This document shows positions 1 through 9,921 of a DNA stretch of 64,000 nt, one piece after another. The notes under the pieces are model-generated. The model did not search any database and was not told the origin of the DNA. It worked only from the letters and a program-made list of their open reading frames with translations. The translations under genes and the position numbers were made by a program. The first letter of the stretch is position 1, and every line of letters begins with the position of its first letter. This stretch comes from an uncultured bacterium (GTDB lineage Bacteria > Bacillota_I > Bacilli_A > RF39 > UBA660): NCBI GenBank assembly GCA_947646655.1, contig CANSHI010000006.1, forward strand, positions 2,253 through 66,252, written 5' to 3'.

Positions 1-108
1 CCGTTTTTCTTGCAAACAACAATATTTGACGACAGAATCATCTTTTTTCATTATTTCAATCTCCTCTAATAATTTAGTATATTCTTTTAATAGTATTTCT
101 AATTCCAA
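1..108 (-). CDS. 5' end of an unidentified gene running off the left edge (TTG start; an internal ATG is an alternative)
   Basis: AGGAGG lies 7 nt upstream of a minus-strand TTG at 108. The frame LELEILLKEYTKLLEEIEIMKKDDSVVKYCCLQEKR stays open to position 1. It is absent from the ORF track because it is truncated. Confidence 0.25.
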   Translation of the reverse strand, partial: MELEILLKEYTKLLEEIEIMKKDDSVVKYCCLQEKR

Positions 109-180
109 AAAATACCTCCTAAATAATATTATATTTTTCTATTTAATATATAGTTAAAAATTCACCTATTTTAGTGAATT

Positions 181-1563
181 TTACTTCTCATTATCGAACA
201 TCAACATTTTATAATACTTCCAAGATAACACCCTAAAGGCTAATTTATCTATTTGTGCTTCACTCAATTTGCCAGTCTCCAAAGCATTCTTAATTGAGTT
301 AAAACTTTCATCATAATCAGTAGTAATTATCAAATCATTACCAGCTAAAATAGCTTTAACAGTCACATCATCAACATTTCCAAGTGCTCCCATGGCGATA
401 TCATCAGTTACAATTATTCCTGTAAATCCTAATTCATTTCTTAATAAATTGTGTACATTTTGCGATAAACTAGCTGGATTATTACTATCAATAGCAGTTA
501 CAGTATTATGAGCAACTAACACAGCTTCAGCTCCAGCATCAATTCCTGCTTTAAAAGGTGGTATATCGTTTTTAATCAAATCATCATAACTTCTATTATC
601 AGTTTGGGCTCCCGCATGCGTATCGGCATTATTACCATACCCAGGAAAATGTTTTAAAGTATATGATACATGAGTATTTTTACTAGCATTAATAACAGTC
701 TTTGCAAACTCACTCGTAACAGAAGTATCTTGCTTCAAAGAGCGGTTATACATATAATCACTAGAATTAGTCGACACATCCACAACAGGAGCAAGATTTA
801 AATTGAGACCTAAGCCATTTAAAAATTTACTTTTCTCTATCGTATCTTCTTTTATTTTATCTAAACCACCTGCATTATAAAGTTCACTCGGAGACTCGAA
901 CTTACTAGCCCTCAAATTAGGATTACTACTGACTCTTACGACACTTCCACCTTCCTCATCTACTGCTGTAAGTAGAGGTATTTTACTTGAGCTTTGTAAA
1001 ACATTAATCATATCTTTAACTTGTTCCAAAGACTTATCTTTAAAATCTTTTTCGAAAAAAACATAACCTCCTAAATGATACTTATTCATAATTCCAACTG
1101 CATCTTTTGAAGGATATCTAACAAGTAACAGTTGTCCAATTTTTTCATCCAAAGTTAAACTCTTAAGTTTGTTCAAAGCCAAAGTATAGTAATCACTAAA
1201 TATTCCTTTATCAGCCCATTCAGCAGGCACAACCGACTTATCTTCTGAAGTATCTACCACTTCATAGCTTATAACTTCACAGCCCGCGATCGTATAATTA
1301 TTGTTTAAAATAGAAGTATATTCTAAAGTGACAGAATCTCCAACATCAAACGTAGCATTATTTACGTTACAAGTATATATCCCCAATTCTTCATCTTGAA
1401 TAGTCACGACATTATCATTATATTGCATGACAACTCCTGATAATTCATGTGTTTCTAAATCGTTTTTCTCATCATCTCTCAAAACAGAAATTAAAGAAAT
1501 AACCCCAATAAAAAGTCCCATAACAGCTATTAATCCAATTGTGATAAGCTTATTCTTATCCAT
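181..1563 (-). CDS. Glycoside hydrolase family 3 beta-N-acetylhexosaminidase (NagZ-like), N-terminally membrane anchored
   Basis: GH3 N-domain signatures KIGQLLLV, GGYVFF, AVDEEGG and LKHFPGYG. N-terminal TM helix IGLIAVMGLFIGVISLISV. Confidence 0.85.
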   Translation of the reverse strand: MDKNKLITIGLIAVMGLFIGVISLISVLRDDEKNDLETHELSGVVMQYNDNVVTIQDEELGIYTCNVNNATFDVGDSVTLEYTSILNNNYTIAGCEVISYEVVDTSEDKSVVPAEWADKGIFSDYYTLALNKLKSLTLDEKIGQLLLVRYPSKDAVGIMNKYHLGGYVFFEKDFKDKSLEQVKDMINVLQSSSKIPLLTAVDEEGGSVVRVSSNPNLRASKFESPSELYNAGGLDKIKEDTIEKSKFLNGLGLNLNLAPVVDVSTNSSDYMYNRSLKQDTSVTSEFAKTVINASKNTHVSYTLKHFPGYGNNADTHAGAQTDNRSYDDLIKNDIPPFKAGIDAGAEAVLVAHNTVTAIDSNNPASLSQNVHNLLRNELGFTGIIVTDDIAMGALGNVDDVTVKAILAGNDLIITTDYDESFNSIKNALETGKLSEAQIDKLAFRVLSWKYYKMLMFDNEK

Positions 1564-1789
1564 TAAATCACCCTCAATTAAGTTTATTTAACTTCCTGCA
1601 TAATATACAATAAATTAAAAAGAAACTAAAAAAATTAATCTTCTATTGTATTAATACACCGATTTGCAAAATTAAAACCACGCTCTTATTACAAATTATT
1701 ATAACAAAAAAAATCACTCTCTTCCATAATTTATTTATTTGAATATTATTCACTAGCTTGATATACTTATATAAAAAGGAAGTTAGATT

Positions 1790-2296
1790 ATGACAAAATT
1801 AAATAAAGAAAGAAAAGACTATATATCATGGGATACCTATTTCATGGCGATTGCTAAATTAACTGCCATGAGAAGCAAGGACCCAAGTACTCAAGTCGGA
1901 GCTTGCATAGTGAGCAACGATAATAGAATACTATCTATTGGATATAATGGGGCTCCAAATGGTTATCTTGATGATGAATTCCCTTGGGAAAGAAAAGGCT
2001 CTAATTTGGAAACAAAATATTTTTATGTTGTACATGCCGAACGTAATGCAATTTTAAACTATCGAGGCAGTAGAAAAGACTTAGAAAATTCAAAAATATA
2101 TGTAGACCTATTCCCTTGTAACGAATGTGCAAAAGAAATAATTCAATCAGGAATTAAGGAAGTAATATACCTTTCAGACAAATATGCTGATAGTGACGAA
2201 ACAAAAGCTTCAAAACACTTATTCGATAAATGTGGCGTAAAATATAATCAACTTCAAAATCTCGATACCAATATAAATATAGATTTACACCTTTAA
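1790..2296 (+). CDS. comEB: dCMP deaminase (ComEB family)
   Basis: Zinc-deaminase motifs VHAERNAI and PCNECAKEIIQSGIKEVIY; the size is typical. Confidence 0.9.
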   Translation: MTKLNKERKDYISWDTYFMAIAKLTAMRSKDPSTQVGACIVSNDNRILSIGYNGAPNGYLDDEFPWERKGSNLETKYFYVVHAERNAILNYRGSRKDLENSKIYVDLFPCNECAKEIIQSGIKEVIYLSDKYADSDETKASKHLFDKCGVKYNQLQNLDTNINIDLHL

Positions 2297-2439
2297 ATTT
2301 TTAATAACCATTTCCAAATTTCTTTTCTCTCCATCTTTCCTCCTGATAAAATTAGCAAATTGAAAGAATACTATACATTTATAATGATTTATTAAGAAAA
2401 TATTTCATAAAATACAAAAACGAGAGAAGGGAGAAAATT

Positions 2440-2913
2440 ATGGAAGGAACAGAATATATTTTAGATTTTTCCGTTCCACAAGGACCTACAGGACCTATGG
2501 GACCAAATTATCCTATTTGTTACGTAGATTATAATACTGTGAATGGAGGAAAGTATCTCACAATTAAAAGTGTAAAAACAATTCATTCTAATGGTGAATT
2601 TACTAGAGACGATAATGGGATTTATGTAGAAGCTGGAACATATGAGATAACTTTTTGTGGAAAAATGGAAATGGACAGTGCTTTTCAAAAAGAGGTATCA
2701 GTTGGTATACAAGAAGACTTAGGCGGAGGATATTCTTCCCCTATCGAAGGTATGAAGGCTATAATGCCCGTAGGAACTTTATGTATGCACTTTTCAGAGA
2801 CAAGAATTTTAGAGTTTGATGATAGAACAGATTTAGTTATAATGTTATTCAATCAAAATGCCAATCCCTTAGTAGTATCGATGGGATCTCTTATATTGAA
2901 AAAAATAATATAG
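2440..2913 (+). CDS. Small BclA-like protein: very short collagen-like tract plus a C-terminal beta-rich domain
   Basis: N-terminus PQGPTGPMGP (GXX triplets) followed by a roughly 130-aa beta-rich domain. GGGAG lies upstream of the ATG. Confidence 0.55.
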   Translation: MEGTEYILDFSVPQGPTGPMGPNYPICYVDYNTVNGGKYLTIKSVKTIHSNGEFTRDDNGIYVEAGTYEITFCGKMEMDSAFQKEVSVGIQEDLGGGYSSPIEGMKAIMPVGTLCMHFSETRILEFDDRTDLVIMLFNQNANPLVVSMGSLILKKII

Positions 2914-2939
2914 CTTAGAGATAATTTACAAAGTTTTAA

Positions 2940-2980
2940 GGGGATGTTAGAAAGAAATACAGCTATTTTCTAACATCCCC
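2940..2980. terminator. Bidirectional hairpin between convergent genes
   Basis: GGGGATGTTAGAAA / TTTCTAACATCCCC is a perfect 14-bp inverted repeat with a 13-nt loop. Confidence 0.75.
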
Positions 2981-2990
2981 ATTATTAATC

Positions 2991-3776
2991 TTATTTTTTC
3001 GTTATTTTTTTAATAATATCTTCGCCACTAATATTTTCTCTTCCAAAGGCTTGTAAAACCTCGACTGGAACAGCAAAAATTATTGTATTTGATTGATCAG
3101 ATGAAATATCATTTATTGTAGACAAAGTTCTCAAATGTAATGCCCCTGGTGTACTAGCCATAGTTCGAGCTGCTTCTGCCAAATTTTTACTTGCTTCAAT
3201 TTCACCAACTGACTTCGTAATAACTGCTTGTTTTTCTCTTTCAGCTTCTGCTACTCTCGCAATAACTCTTTGCATCTCTTCAGGTAATCTTATATCTTTC
3301 AACTCAACATTCTCTACCTTAATGCCCCAAGGATCAGTAGCTTCATCGATTATTTTACAAATCTTCTCACTAATCTTTTCTCTACTTGTTAAAAGTTCAT
3401 CCAAAGTAACTTCTCCGACAGCATTTCTCATCGTCGTTTGTGCCAATTGACCAACTGCATAATAATAATCTTGAACAGCCAAAATCGCTTTAGAAGCATC
3501 AAAAATATTATAATAGATCACAGCATTAATTCTTACAGAAACATTATCTCGCGTAATCGCATCCTGCTCAGCAACATCATTCGCTTTTGTTCTCACATCG
3601 ACTTTTCTAAAACTTTGAAACACGGGCAAAACAATATTCCAACCAGGATTTAAAATTCTTGAAAATTTTCCTCTCGTAAACAAAATACCACGTTCAAACT
3701 CTTCAACCTGTTTAATAGAAATCAATAAAATAACTACTACAACAACCAAAATGATTAACAAAAATTGCATAGACAT
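2991..3776 (-). CDS. SPFH / band-7 (stomatin-like) membrane protein
   Basis: N-terminal TM helix, then a typical SPFH core (ERGILFTRGKF, DVRTK, ITRDNV, AEAEREKQA). Confidence 0.9.
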   Translation of the reverse strand: MSMQFLLIILVVVVVILLISIKQVEEFERGILFTRGKFSRILNPGWNIVLPVFQSFRKVDVRTKANDVAEQDAITRDNVSVRINAVIYYNIFDASKAILAVQDYYYAVGQLAQTTMRNAVGEVTLDELLTSREKISEKICKIIDEATDPWGIKVENVELKDIRLPEEMQRVIARVAEAEREKQAVITKSVGEIEASKNLAEAARTMASTPGALHLRTLSTINDISSDQSNTIIFAVPVEVLQAFGRENISGEDIIKKITKK

Positions 3777-3926
3777 ACTCCTTTCAAATTCATTTTAACA
3801 CACTATATGTAAAAAGCAACAATACTATGACATTTTATCAACACTTATGATTTATAAATTGACACTTACTCTAATGTAAAGTAAAAGTCTTTTCCACATA
3901 AAAAGGCACATTTTTTGTCGATTCAA

Positions 3927-3955
3927 TTGACAAACTTAACAATTCATTATATGAT
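3927..3955 (+). promoter_or_regulatory. SigmaA-type promoter candidate
   Basis: TTGACA, 17-nt spacer, TATGAT, upstream of the 3980 gene. Confidence 0.45.
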
Positions 3956-3979
3956 TTAGGTAAGAATAGGGTTGGTTAT

Positions 3980-4519
3980 ATGAAAAGATACTTTTTTGTT
4001 CAATTAATGATCGACGTAGTAATAATTATCTTAGGCTTTATAGTTTGTCTTTTTCCTAGTGTATCAGCTTTTAATGCAAATATAGTATTTTACACCATGA
4101 TGAGTATATATGCTGGTCTAGAACTGTGCGAATACATTATAAGTTATCGAAAAGTTAAAGAAGGCTTGTACCTATTTTTCGCAAGTGGAACTGTCGCCTT
4201 CAGTGGATTTTTCCTAAGAGAATATCCCGATTATGCAGTTTTATCTATTTCTTTAATCGTTTGGCTTCTAATGATTACAATAATAAAAATGATCAACTTA
4301 GAAAACATAGAACACAAAAAGAGTAGGTTATTTATTATCAAATTGACTGCCATGAGCATGAACATTTTAATCGGTCTTTTAATAAGTGCAAACATATTTT
4401 ATCAAACTTCGACCATCGGTTATATGCTCGCTTTACTATATATAAGTTATGGATTTTTAGAGCTAGCTAGCGATTTTCTTGAATTTTTAAGCAAAGACAC
4501 AAAATTTTTAAAAGAATAA
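3980..4519 (+). CDS. Polytopic membrane protein of unknown function
   Basis: Five to six hydrophobic helices. No motif recognised. Confidence 0.6.
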   Translation: MKRYFFVQLMIDVVIIILGFIVCLFPSVSAFNANIVFYTMMSIYAGLELCEYIISYRKVKEGLYLFFASGTVAFSGFFLREYPDYAVLSISLIVWLLMITIIKMINLENIEHKKSRLFIIKLTAMSMNILIGLLISANIFYQTSTIGYMLALLYISYGFLELASDFLEFLSKDTKFLKE

Positions 4520-4533
4520 AAGGAGTAAACAGT

Positions 4534-5763
4534 ATGAACATTTTAGATATAATAGAAAGAAAAAGAGTAGGGGAAAACTTAACTAAAGAAGAAATAAAAT
4601 TCGCCTTTATGGAATATATGGAAGGACACATCGAAGATTATCAAATGTCAAGTCTTCTAATGGCCATAACTATAAATGGTATGAGCTTTGAAGAAACACT
4701 TACACTTACAGATGTCATGTTATCGAGCGGTAAAAAGATGGATACAAGTAAAATAAATGGCATTCAAGTCGATAAACATTCGACTGGAGGAGTAGGAGAT
4801 AAAACTAGTCTAATTATTGGCCCAATTATGGCGTGTCTCGGTTTAAAAATGGGTAAACTCTCAGGCCGTGGACTCGGTATCACAGGAGGCACTATCGACA
4901 AACTAGAAAGTATTCCTGGGTTTAGAGTATCTTTGACTTCACACGAATTTATCCATAATTTAAATAAAGTTGGATTTACGGAATGCGAACAGACCCCCGA
5001 ATTTACTCCCTTAGATAAAAAAATATATAATCTAAGAAGTGTCACAGGAACAGTTTCTTCGATACCTTTAATCGCTTCATCTATAATGAGTAAAAAATTA
5101 GCAACTGGAGCCGACTACATCTTGATCGATCTAAAAGTCGGAAATGGAGCTTTAATTCAAAATAAAAGTGACGGTGTAAAACTTGCCAATACTATGATCG
5201 AAATAGGTAAATCATACAACAAAGTTGTCATTCCTATCCTTACTAATATGAATAGACCCCTAGGCGATAACGTTGGAAATGCTTTAGAAATTTTAGAAGT
5301 TTTAGACATCTTAAAAGGAAAAACTGGCTTACTACGAAACCTATGTATCGAACTAGCAAGCAACTTATATAGTAAAGTTAAAAAGATCAACATCGACATC
5401 GCCACTCGAGAAGTAACTCGTGTATTAGATGACGGCAGTGCCTACACTAAATTTCTAGAATTTATAAAAGAGCAAGGTGGAAACATAGATGCCCTTGAAA
5501 CAGCACCAAATCTTATGCCGATTAAATCTATTACTAGTGGTACTTTAAAAGATATTAAAGCAAAATCGATTGGTAGCCTAGTACTACAATTAGGTGGCGG
5601 ACGTAAGAAAAAAGAAGACCATATTAACTATGGGGTAGGAGTAGTAATTAATAAACATATTGGCGATCAAATTAATGAAGGTGATACGCTATGTTACTTA
5701 TATCAAGTTGACAACACCGATTATAGTAGCCAAGCACTTGAAGCCTTTACGATTGTAAAGTAA
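4534..5763 (+). CDS. pdp: Pyrimidine-nucleoside (thymidine) phosphorylase
   Basis: DKHSTGGVGDKTSL phosphate-binding motif, SGRGLGITGGTIDKLESIPG, full length. AAGGAG RBS. Confidence 0.93.
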   Translation: MNILDIIERKRVGENLTKEEIKFAFMEYMEGHIEDYQMSSLLMAITINGMSFEETLTLTDVMLSSGKKMDTSKINGIQVDKHSTGGVGDKTSLIIGPIMACLGLKMGKLSGRGLGITGGTIDKLESIPGFRVSLTSHEFIHNLNKVGFTECEQTPEFTPLDKKIYNLRSVTGTVSSIPLIASSIMSKKLATGADYILIDLKVGNGALIQNKSDGVKLANTMIEIGKSYNKVVIPILTNMNRPLGDNVGNALEILEVLDILKGKTGLLRNLCIELASNLYSKVKKINIDIATREVTRVLDDGSAYTKFLEFIKEQGGNIDALETAPNLMPIKSITSGTLKDIKAKSIGSLVLQLGGGRKKKEDHINYGVGVVINKHIGDQINEGDTLCYLYQVDNTDYSSQALEAFTIVK

Positions 5764-5823
5764 ACACTAATTTTAGTTAAAAAAAACTAAAAATATTATA
5801 TAATTATGTGGGGAGGTTTACTA

Positions 5824-6906
5824 ATGAAAGTAATAGTAACCGCGGGCGGTACAGGTGGACACATCTACCCCGCATTAGCAATCATTGATAAAATAAAAGA
5901 AAAAGAACCAAATAGTGAATTTATATATATAGGAACTACCACACGCATGGAAAGTAAAATAGTTCCAGAATTGGGAATAAAGTATGTCGGAATCGAGATG
6001 TATGGACTCACCAAAAACATATTAAAAGATCTAAAAGTTCTTACTTTAATTCATAAAAATGAAAAGAAAGTTAAAGAAATAATTAAAAACTTTAAACCTG
6101 ACATAGTTATTGGAACAGGAGGCTATGTTACTTATCCAGTAATTAAAGCCGCTAAAAGCATGGGTGTTAAAACGTTTATTCACGAACAAAACTCCATTCC
6201 AGGCAAGTCTAATAAAGCACTTGCTAAACTAGCAGATAAAATTGGAGTAAGCTTTAAAAATAGCGTTCACTTTTTTGATGAAAGAAAATCGGTATTCACA
6301 GGAAACCCTTGTAGTGAAAGAGCGCTGAATACGAAGCCTATTTCCAAAACTCTTTATGGTCTCCACGAGAATAAAAAATTAGTTCTCATGGTTCAAGGAA
6401 GCCTAGGCAGCACTTCGGTCAATGAAAGAATGAAAGAGTTTTTAACTTCTATTGAATCAGAAGACTATGAAGTACTATATATAACTGGTGAAAAATCATA
6501 TGCTGAATTTTCTAAAAATAAATTTAGCAAAAATGTTTTCTTAAAACCTTATATAGAAAATTTAAGTGGACTTATGAAAGAAGCAGATGTGGTAATAAGC
6601 AGAGCTGGAGCGAGCTCTTTAAGCGAAATCATAGCTTTAAAAAAGTTTTCTATTCTAATACCTAGTCCATATGTTGCCAATAACCATCAGTTCTTTAATG
6701 CTTTAGAACTTGCTAACAATAAAGCAGCTTTCTTAATAGAAGAAGATTCTATCACTTCTAATATTCTTAAAAATCATATAAATAAAATTTTAAATGATAA
6801 AGAACTACAAATAAACATGCGACTAAATCTCGGAAAGATGAGTAAAAACGACAGTAGCACTGCAATCTATGAAATACTAAAGGAATTGATAAAAAAACAT
6901 GAATGA
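5824..6906 (+). CDS. murG: Lipid II-forming UDP-GlcNAc transferase MurG
   Basis: G-loop AGGTGGHIYPALA at the N-terminus. The start is moved to ATG 5824 (MKVIV), preceded by GGGGAGG. Confidence 0.92.
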   Translation: MKVIVTAGGTGGHIYPALAIIDKIKEKEPNSEFIYIGTTTRMESKIVPELGIKYVGIEMYGLTKNILKDLKVLTLIHKNEKKVKEIIKNFKPDIVIGTGGYVTYPVIKAAKSMGVKTFIHEQNSIPGKSNKALAKLADKIGVSFKNSVHFFDERKSVFTGNPCSERALNTKPISKTLYGLHENKKLVLMVQGSLGSTSVNERMKEFLTSIESEDYEVLYITGEKSYAEFSKNKFSKNVFLKPYIENLSGLMKEADVVISRAGASSLSEIIALKKFSILIPSPYVANNHQFFNALELANNKAAFLIEEDSITSNILKNHINKILNDKELQINMRLNLGKMSKNDSSTAIYEILKELIKKHE

Positions 6907-7627
6907 AAAGAAAGTTAAAACCAAAAAAGTAGTTAAAAGAAGACTTAAATTAAAAGGAGTCTTCATTTTAACGTTATTTTTTGTAATAATTTTCTTATCT
7001 GTAAAATTTATTCTTAAACTGCAAATTGGCGTAGTCACAGTTACGGGGAACAATTTTTTAAAAGACTCACAAGTCATAAAAGAGGCTGGATTAAATGAAT
7101 CTGTACAATACTTTAAATTTAATACGCGATCATCATGTGAACAATTGACAAAAAATCCTTACATAAAATCATGTAAATATAAAAGAAGTTTAAACCTTAA
7201 TTTAGAAATTGTAATCGAAGAAAATGCCCCACTATTTTATTATTTACCCGAATCTAAAATAGTTTTAAGTGATGCATCGAGAGTAGAAGGCGATGCTAAA
7301 GGATTGCCGACATTAATAAATTATACAACAGAAGACATTTTAACAGATTTTATAAGTAGACTTTCTAAAGTTAAAAGTGATATAATACTTTCCATCAGTG
7401 AAATCGAATATGTGCCGAGTACTAGTGAAGACGGAACGCCGATCGATAGCAACCGATTTATGATGATAATGAACGACGGCAATACTGTTTATATAAACAA
7501 CAAAAGAATGAACAATCTTAATCATTATGACACAGTTTTTGCAACTATCGGTGAAAAAAAAGGTATCATAAACTTTGACTGGGACTATGGCAACTATGGA
7601 TTTACTGAATATAAGGAGCAATCATGA
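6899..7627 (+). CDS. ftsQ: Cell division protein FtsQ/DivIB
   Basis: Basic N-terminus, single TM helix and a POTRA-like segment (VVTVTGNNFLKDSQVIKEAGL). It lies directly after murG. Confidence 0.8.
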   Translation: MNEKKVKTKKVVKRRLKLKGVFILTLFFVIIFLSVKFILKLQIGVVTVTGNNFLKDSQVIKEAGLNESVQYFKFNTRSSCEQLTKNPYIKSCKYKRSLNLNLEIVIEENAPLFYYLPESKIVLSDASRVEGDAKGLPTLINYTTEDILTDFISRLSKVKSDIILSISEIEYVPSTSEDGTPIDSNRFMMIMNDGNTVYINNKRMNNLNHYDTVFATIGEKKGIINFDWDYGNYGFTEYKEQS

Positions 7628-8229
7628 ATTACGATAAAGAAATGACGAATTTAATAAACGATCTTACGCACATACCGAGCCTATTGCTTCATTCTTGCTG
7701 TGCACCATGCTCAAGTGCTGTATTAGAAAGACTTATGCCTTATTTTGACATAACTATATTATATTACAATCCTAACATCGAACCGTTTGAAGAATATACT
7801 AGAAGGAAAAAAGAAGAAACAGATCTTATTTCTAAGCTTAAAAGTCCAAATAAACTAACTATTATAGACTATGACTATAATCACGAAGCTTTTGTTAAAC
7901 TGTCACAAAATCATGAGTCTGACAAAGAACGGGGGCCACGCTGTTACTTATGTTATAAAGAAAGATTAAGTTATACATTCAAAAAAGCGAAAGAATTGGG
8001 ATACGAATATTTTGGTACAACTTTATCAGTTAGTCCCTACAAAGTTGCTAACTGGATCAACGAAATCGGTTTAAGTCTCCAAACGGAGGATGTTAAATTC
8101 CTTGTTTCTGATTTTAAAAAACAGAACGGCTATAAACGTAGCATTGAACTATCAAAAAAGTATAATTTATATCGTCAAGATTACTGTGGCTGTATATATT
8201 CTAAAAAAGAAGCAGAAGAATATATTTAA
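7624..8229 (+). CDS. queH: Epoxyqueuosine reductase QueH (DUF208)
   Basis: LLLHSCCAPCS near the N-terminus and a C-terminal DYCGCIYS cysteine motif. Confidence 0.85.
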   Translation: MNYDKEMTNLINDLTHIPSLLLHSCCAPCSSAVLERLMPYFDITILYYNPNIEPFEEYTRRKKEETDLISKLKSPNKLTIIDYDYNHEAFVKLSQNHESDKERGPRCYLCYKERLSYTFKKAKELGYEYFGTTLSVSPYKVANWINEIGLSLQTEDVKFLVSDFKKQNGYKRSIELSKKYNLYRQDYCGCIYSKKEAEEYI

Positions 8230-8342
8230 AAGGGCGTACTTACTTATCACAATTAAAAACACTTTTAACTTGCAATATAATATTACTTGTGATAAACTTG
8301 TTATTGAAGAATATAAAAAGAATATGAAAAGGTGGTTTAATC

Positions 8343-9578
8343 ATGGGTGAAACCTTTAAAGCGTTTATCGCATTTATATCTGAAGATCCAATTATGCTAG
8401 GTCTTTGTATCGCGATTGTCGTACTTATTATAATGTTTATTTTAGTATTAGTTTTAGGAAAGAAAAAAGACAAAAAGCCTGAAGCTGTCGAAAGTACTAA
8501 TGAAGAATTATTGAAAACTAAAATTAATATGGAAGCTCTTAAGAGTACCAGTGAATTTAAACTTGACGAACTAGGTCAAACACCTACTGAGAAAACAGAA
8601 GAAAATGCACCAGTTGTAGAAGAAATTCCTGTTACTACAGAAGAACCTATAAAAGTAGAATTTGAAGACAAAGTTGAAGATACAGTCGCACCAACTATTG
8701 ATACTTTGAGCGAAAGTGAAGAAAAGACTAACTCAGAAATATCTGCATATCCTACTTTTGACAACATTCAGATAACCGAAAATAGAGAAACAAAAGAAGA
8801 AATTTCTGAACCTGTTATTGAAGAGGATCTAAATAATTTAAGTGTTTTAGAATCTGCTGAAATTCCTCTAGAAGGAGAAGAACTTCAAGAAAAAATAGTT
8901 GAGCCTATTAAAGAAGATCGACTAGAAGAAAATAAAGATATCGTGGAGTCTACTATCAATCCGATAGAAGTATCAGAACCTATAGAGACACCAACTTTAG
9001 AAGAAACTACTTTCCCTATCTTTACAGAGACTCCTACTTTAGATATTCCACCTATCGAAGCGGTAGAAATTCCAAGTGAACCTTTACCAACTGATTTATA
9101 TGAAATGCCTACTATCGACATTCCAAACATTACTTTAGATGATAATATTTTAAGTGTAACTCCACAAGAAGAAGAAATTACACCACCAGTTAAAGAAAAT
9201 ACTCCTATTGAGGAAACTACACAAATTGTTGAAGAAGAAAACGTTACTATAGAAAAACCTTACGAAGATGTTATCGAACCACTATCTGAACCTACAGTAC
9301 AGTTGGAAGAGCCAAAACCAATTGAAGATATACCAGTAGAACCAATTGAACTACCAGAAATGACTTCGGAAGAAGACGTAGAATTACCTGATTACAGTGA
9401 TATTTATTCTATCGATGATATCGAACTTCCAAACATCATTTTCGATGACCTAAACAATTCTCTAAATGGACCTGAAAAGCATGAAGACAACGAAGAAGAT
9501 TTAGACTTACCAAAATTGAATACTAATACTTCTCAGACACTTAATAATCTTCAAGGAGAATCGTTTAAAATTGACTAA
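8343..9578 (+). CDS. Membrane-anchored, highly acidic E/P/T/I-rich low-complexity protein
   Basis: AAGGTGG RBS and an N-terminal TM helix (IMLGLCIAIVVLIIMFILVLVLG). The remainder is E/P/T/I-rich with short repeats (ELP, IPxEP). Confidence 0.7.
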   Translation: MGETFKAFIAFISEDPIMLGLCIAIVVLIIMFILVLVLGKKKDKKPEAVESTNEELLKTKINMEALKSTSEFKLDELGQTPTEKTEENAPVVEEIPVTTEEPIKVEFEDKVEDTVAPTIDTLSESEEKTNSEISAYPTFDNIQITENRETKEEISEPVIEEDLNNLSVLESAEIPLEGEELQEKIVEPIKEDRLEENKDIVESTINPIEVSEPIETPTLEETTFPIFTETPTLDIPPIEAVEIPSEPLPTDLYEMPTIDIPNITLDDNILSVTPQEEEITPPVKENTPIEETTQIVEEENVTIEKPYEDVIEPLSEPTVQLEEPKPIEDIPVEPIELPEMTSEEDVELPDYSDIYSIDDIELPNIIFDDLNNSLNGPEKHEDNEEDLDLPKLNTNTSQTLNNLQGESFKID

Positions 9579-9579
9579 A

Positions 9580-9614
9580 CTGTTGATAAGCCAAAACTTA
9601 TGAACAGTTTTTTT
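9580..9614 (+). terminator. Rho-independent terminator
   Basis: CTGTTGATAAG / CTTATGAACAG stem (one mismatch) followed by a T-run. Confidence 0.7.
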
Positions 9615-9669
9615 CTTTTTCCTTTTCTTAAATCCTACTTAGTTACATATATTTATTTAGGTGGAGCTA

Positions 9670-9921
9670 ATGAAAATAAAGGATAATATTTTAAACTACC
9701 TTTGCGATAGAGACTATCTAATAAGTATGTATGATAACTATTTCTATATATTTAATTTTAAGTATTTAGAAACTTTTAATGAAAAACTTATAACAGTTAG
9801 TCTCAGCGATAGAAAAATAAATATTATAGGAAATAACCTTCTAATCGTCAAAATAACTAAAGAAGAACTTCTTATTAAAGGCGATATCGAAAAGATCGAA
9901 GTGATGAAAAAAAATGAATAA
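9670..9921 (+). CDS. yqfC: YabP-family sporulation protein YqfC-like
   Basis: Small protein with KINIIGNNLLIVKITKEELLIKGDIEKIEV, lying directly upstream of a yqfD-like gene. ATG 9670 follows AGGTGGAG. Confidence 0.65.
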   Translation: MKIKDNILNYLCDRDYLISMYDNYFYIFNFKYLETFNEKLITVSLSDRKINIIGNNLLIVKITKEELLIKGDIEKIEVMKKNE

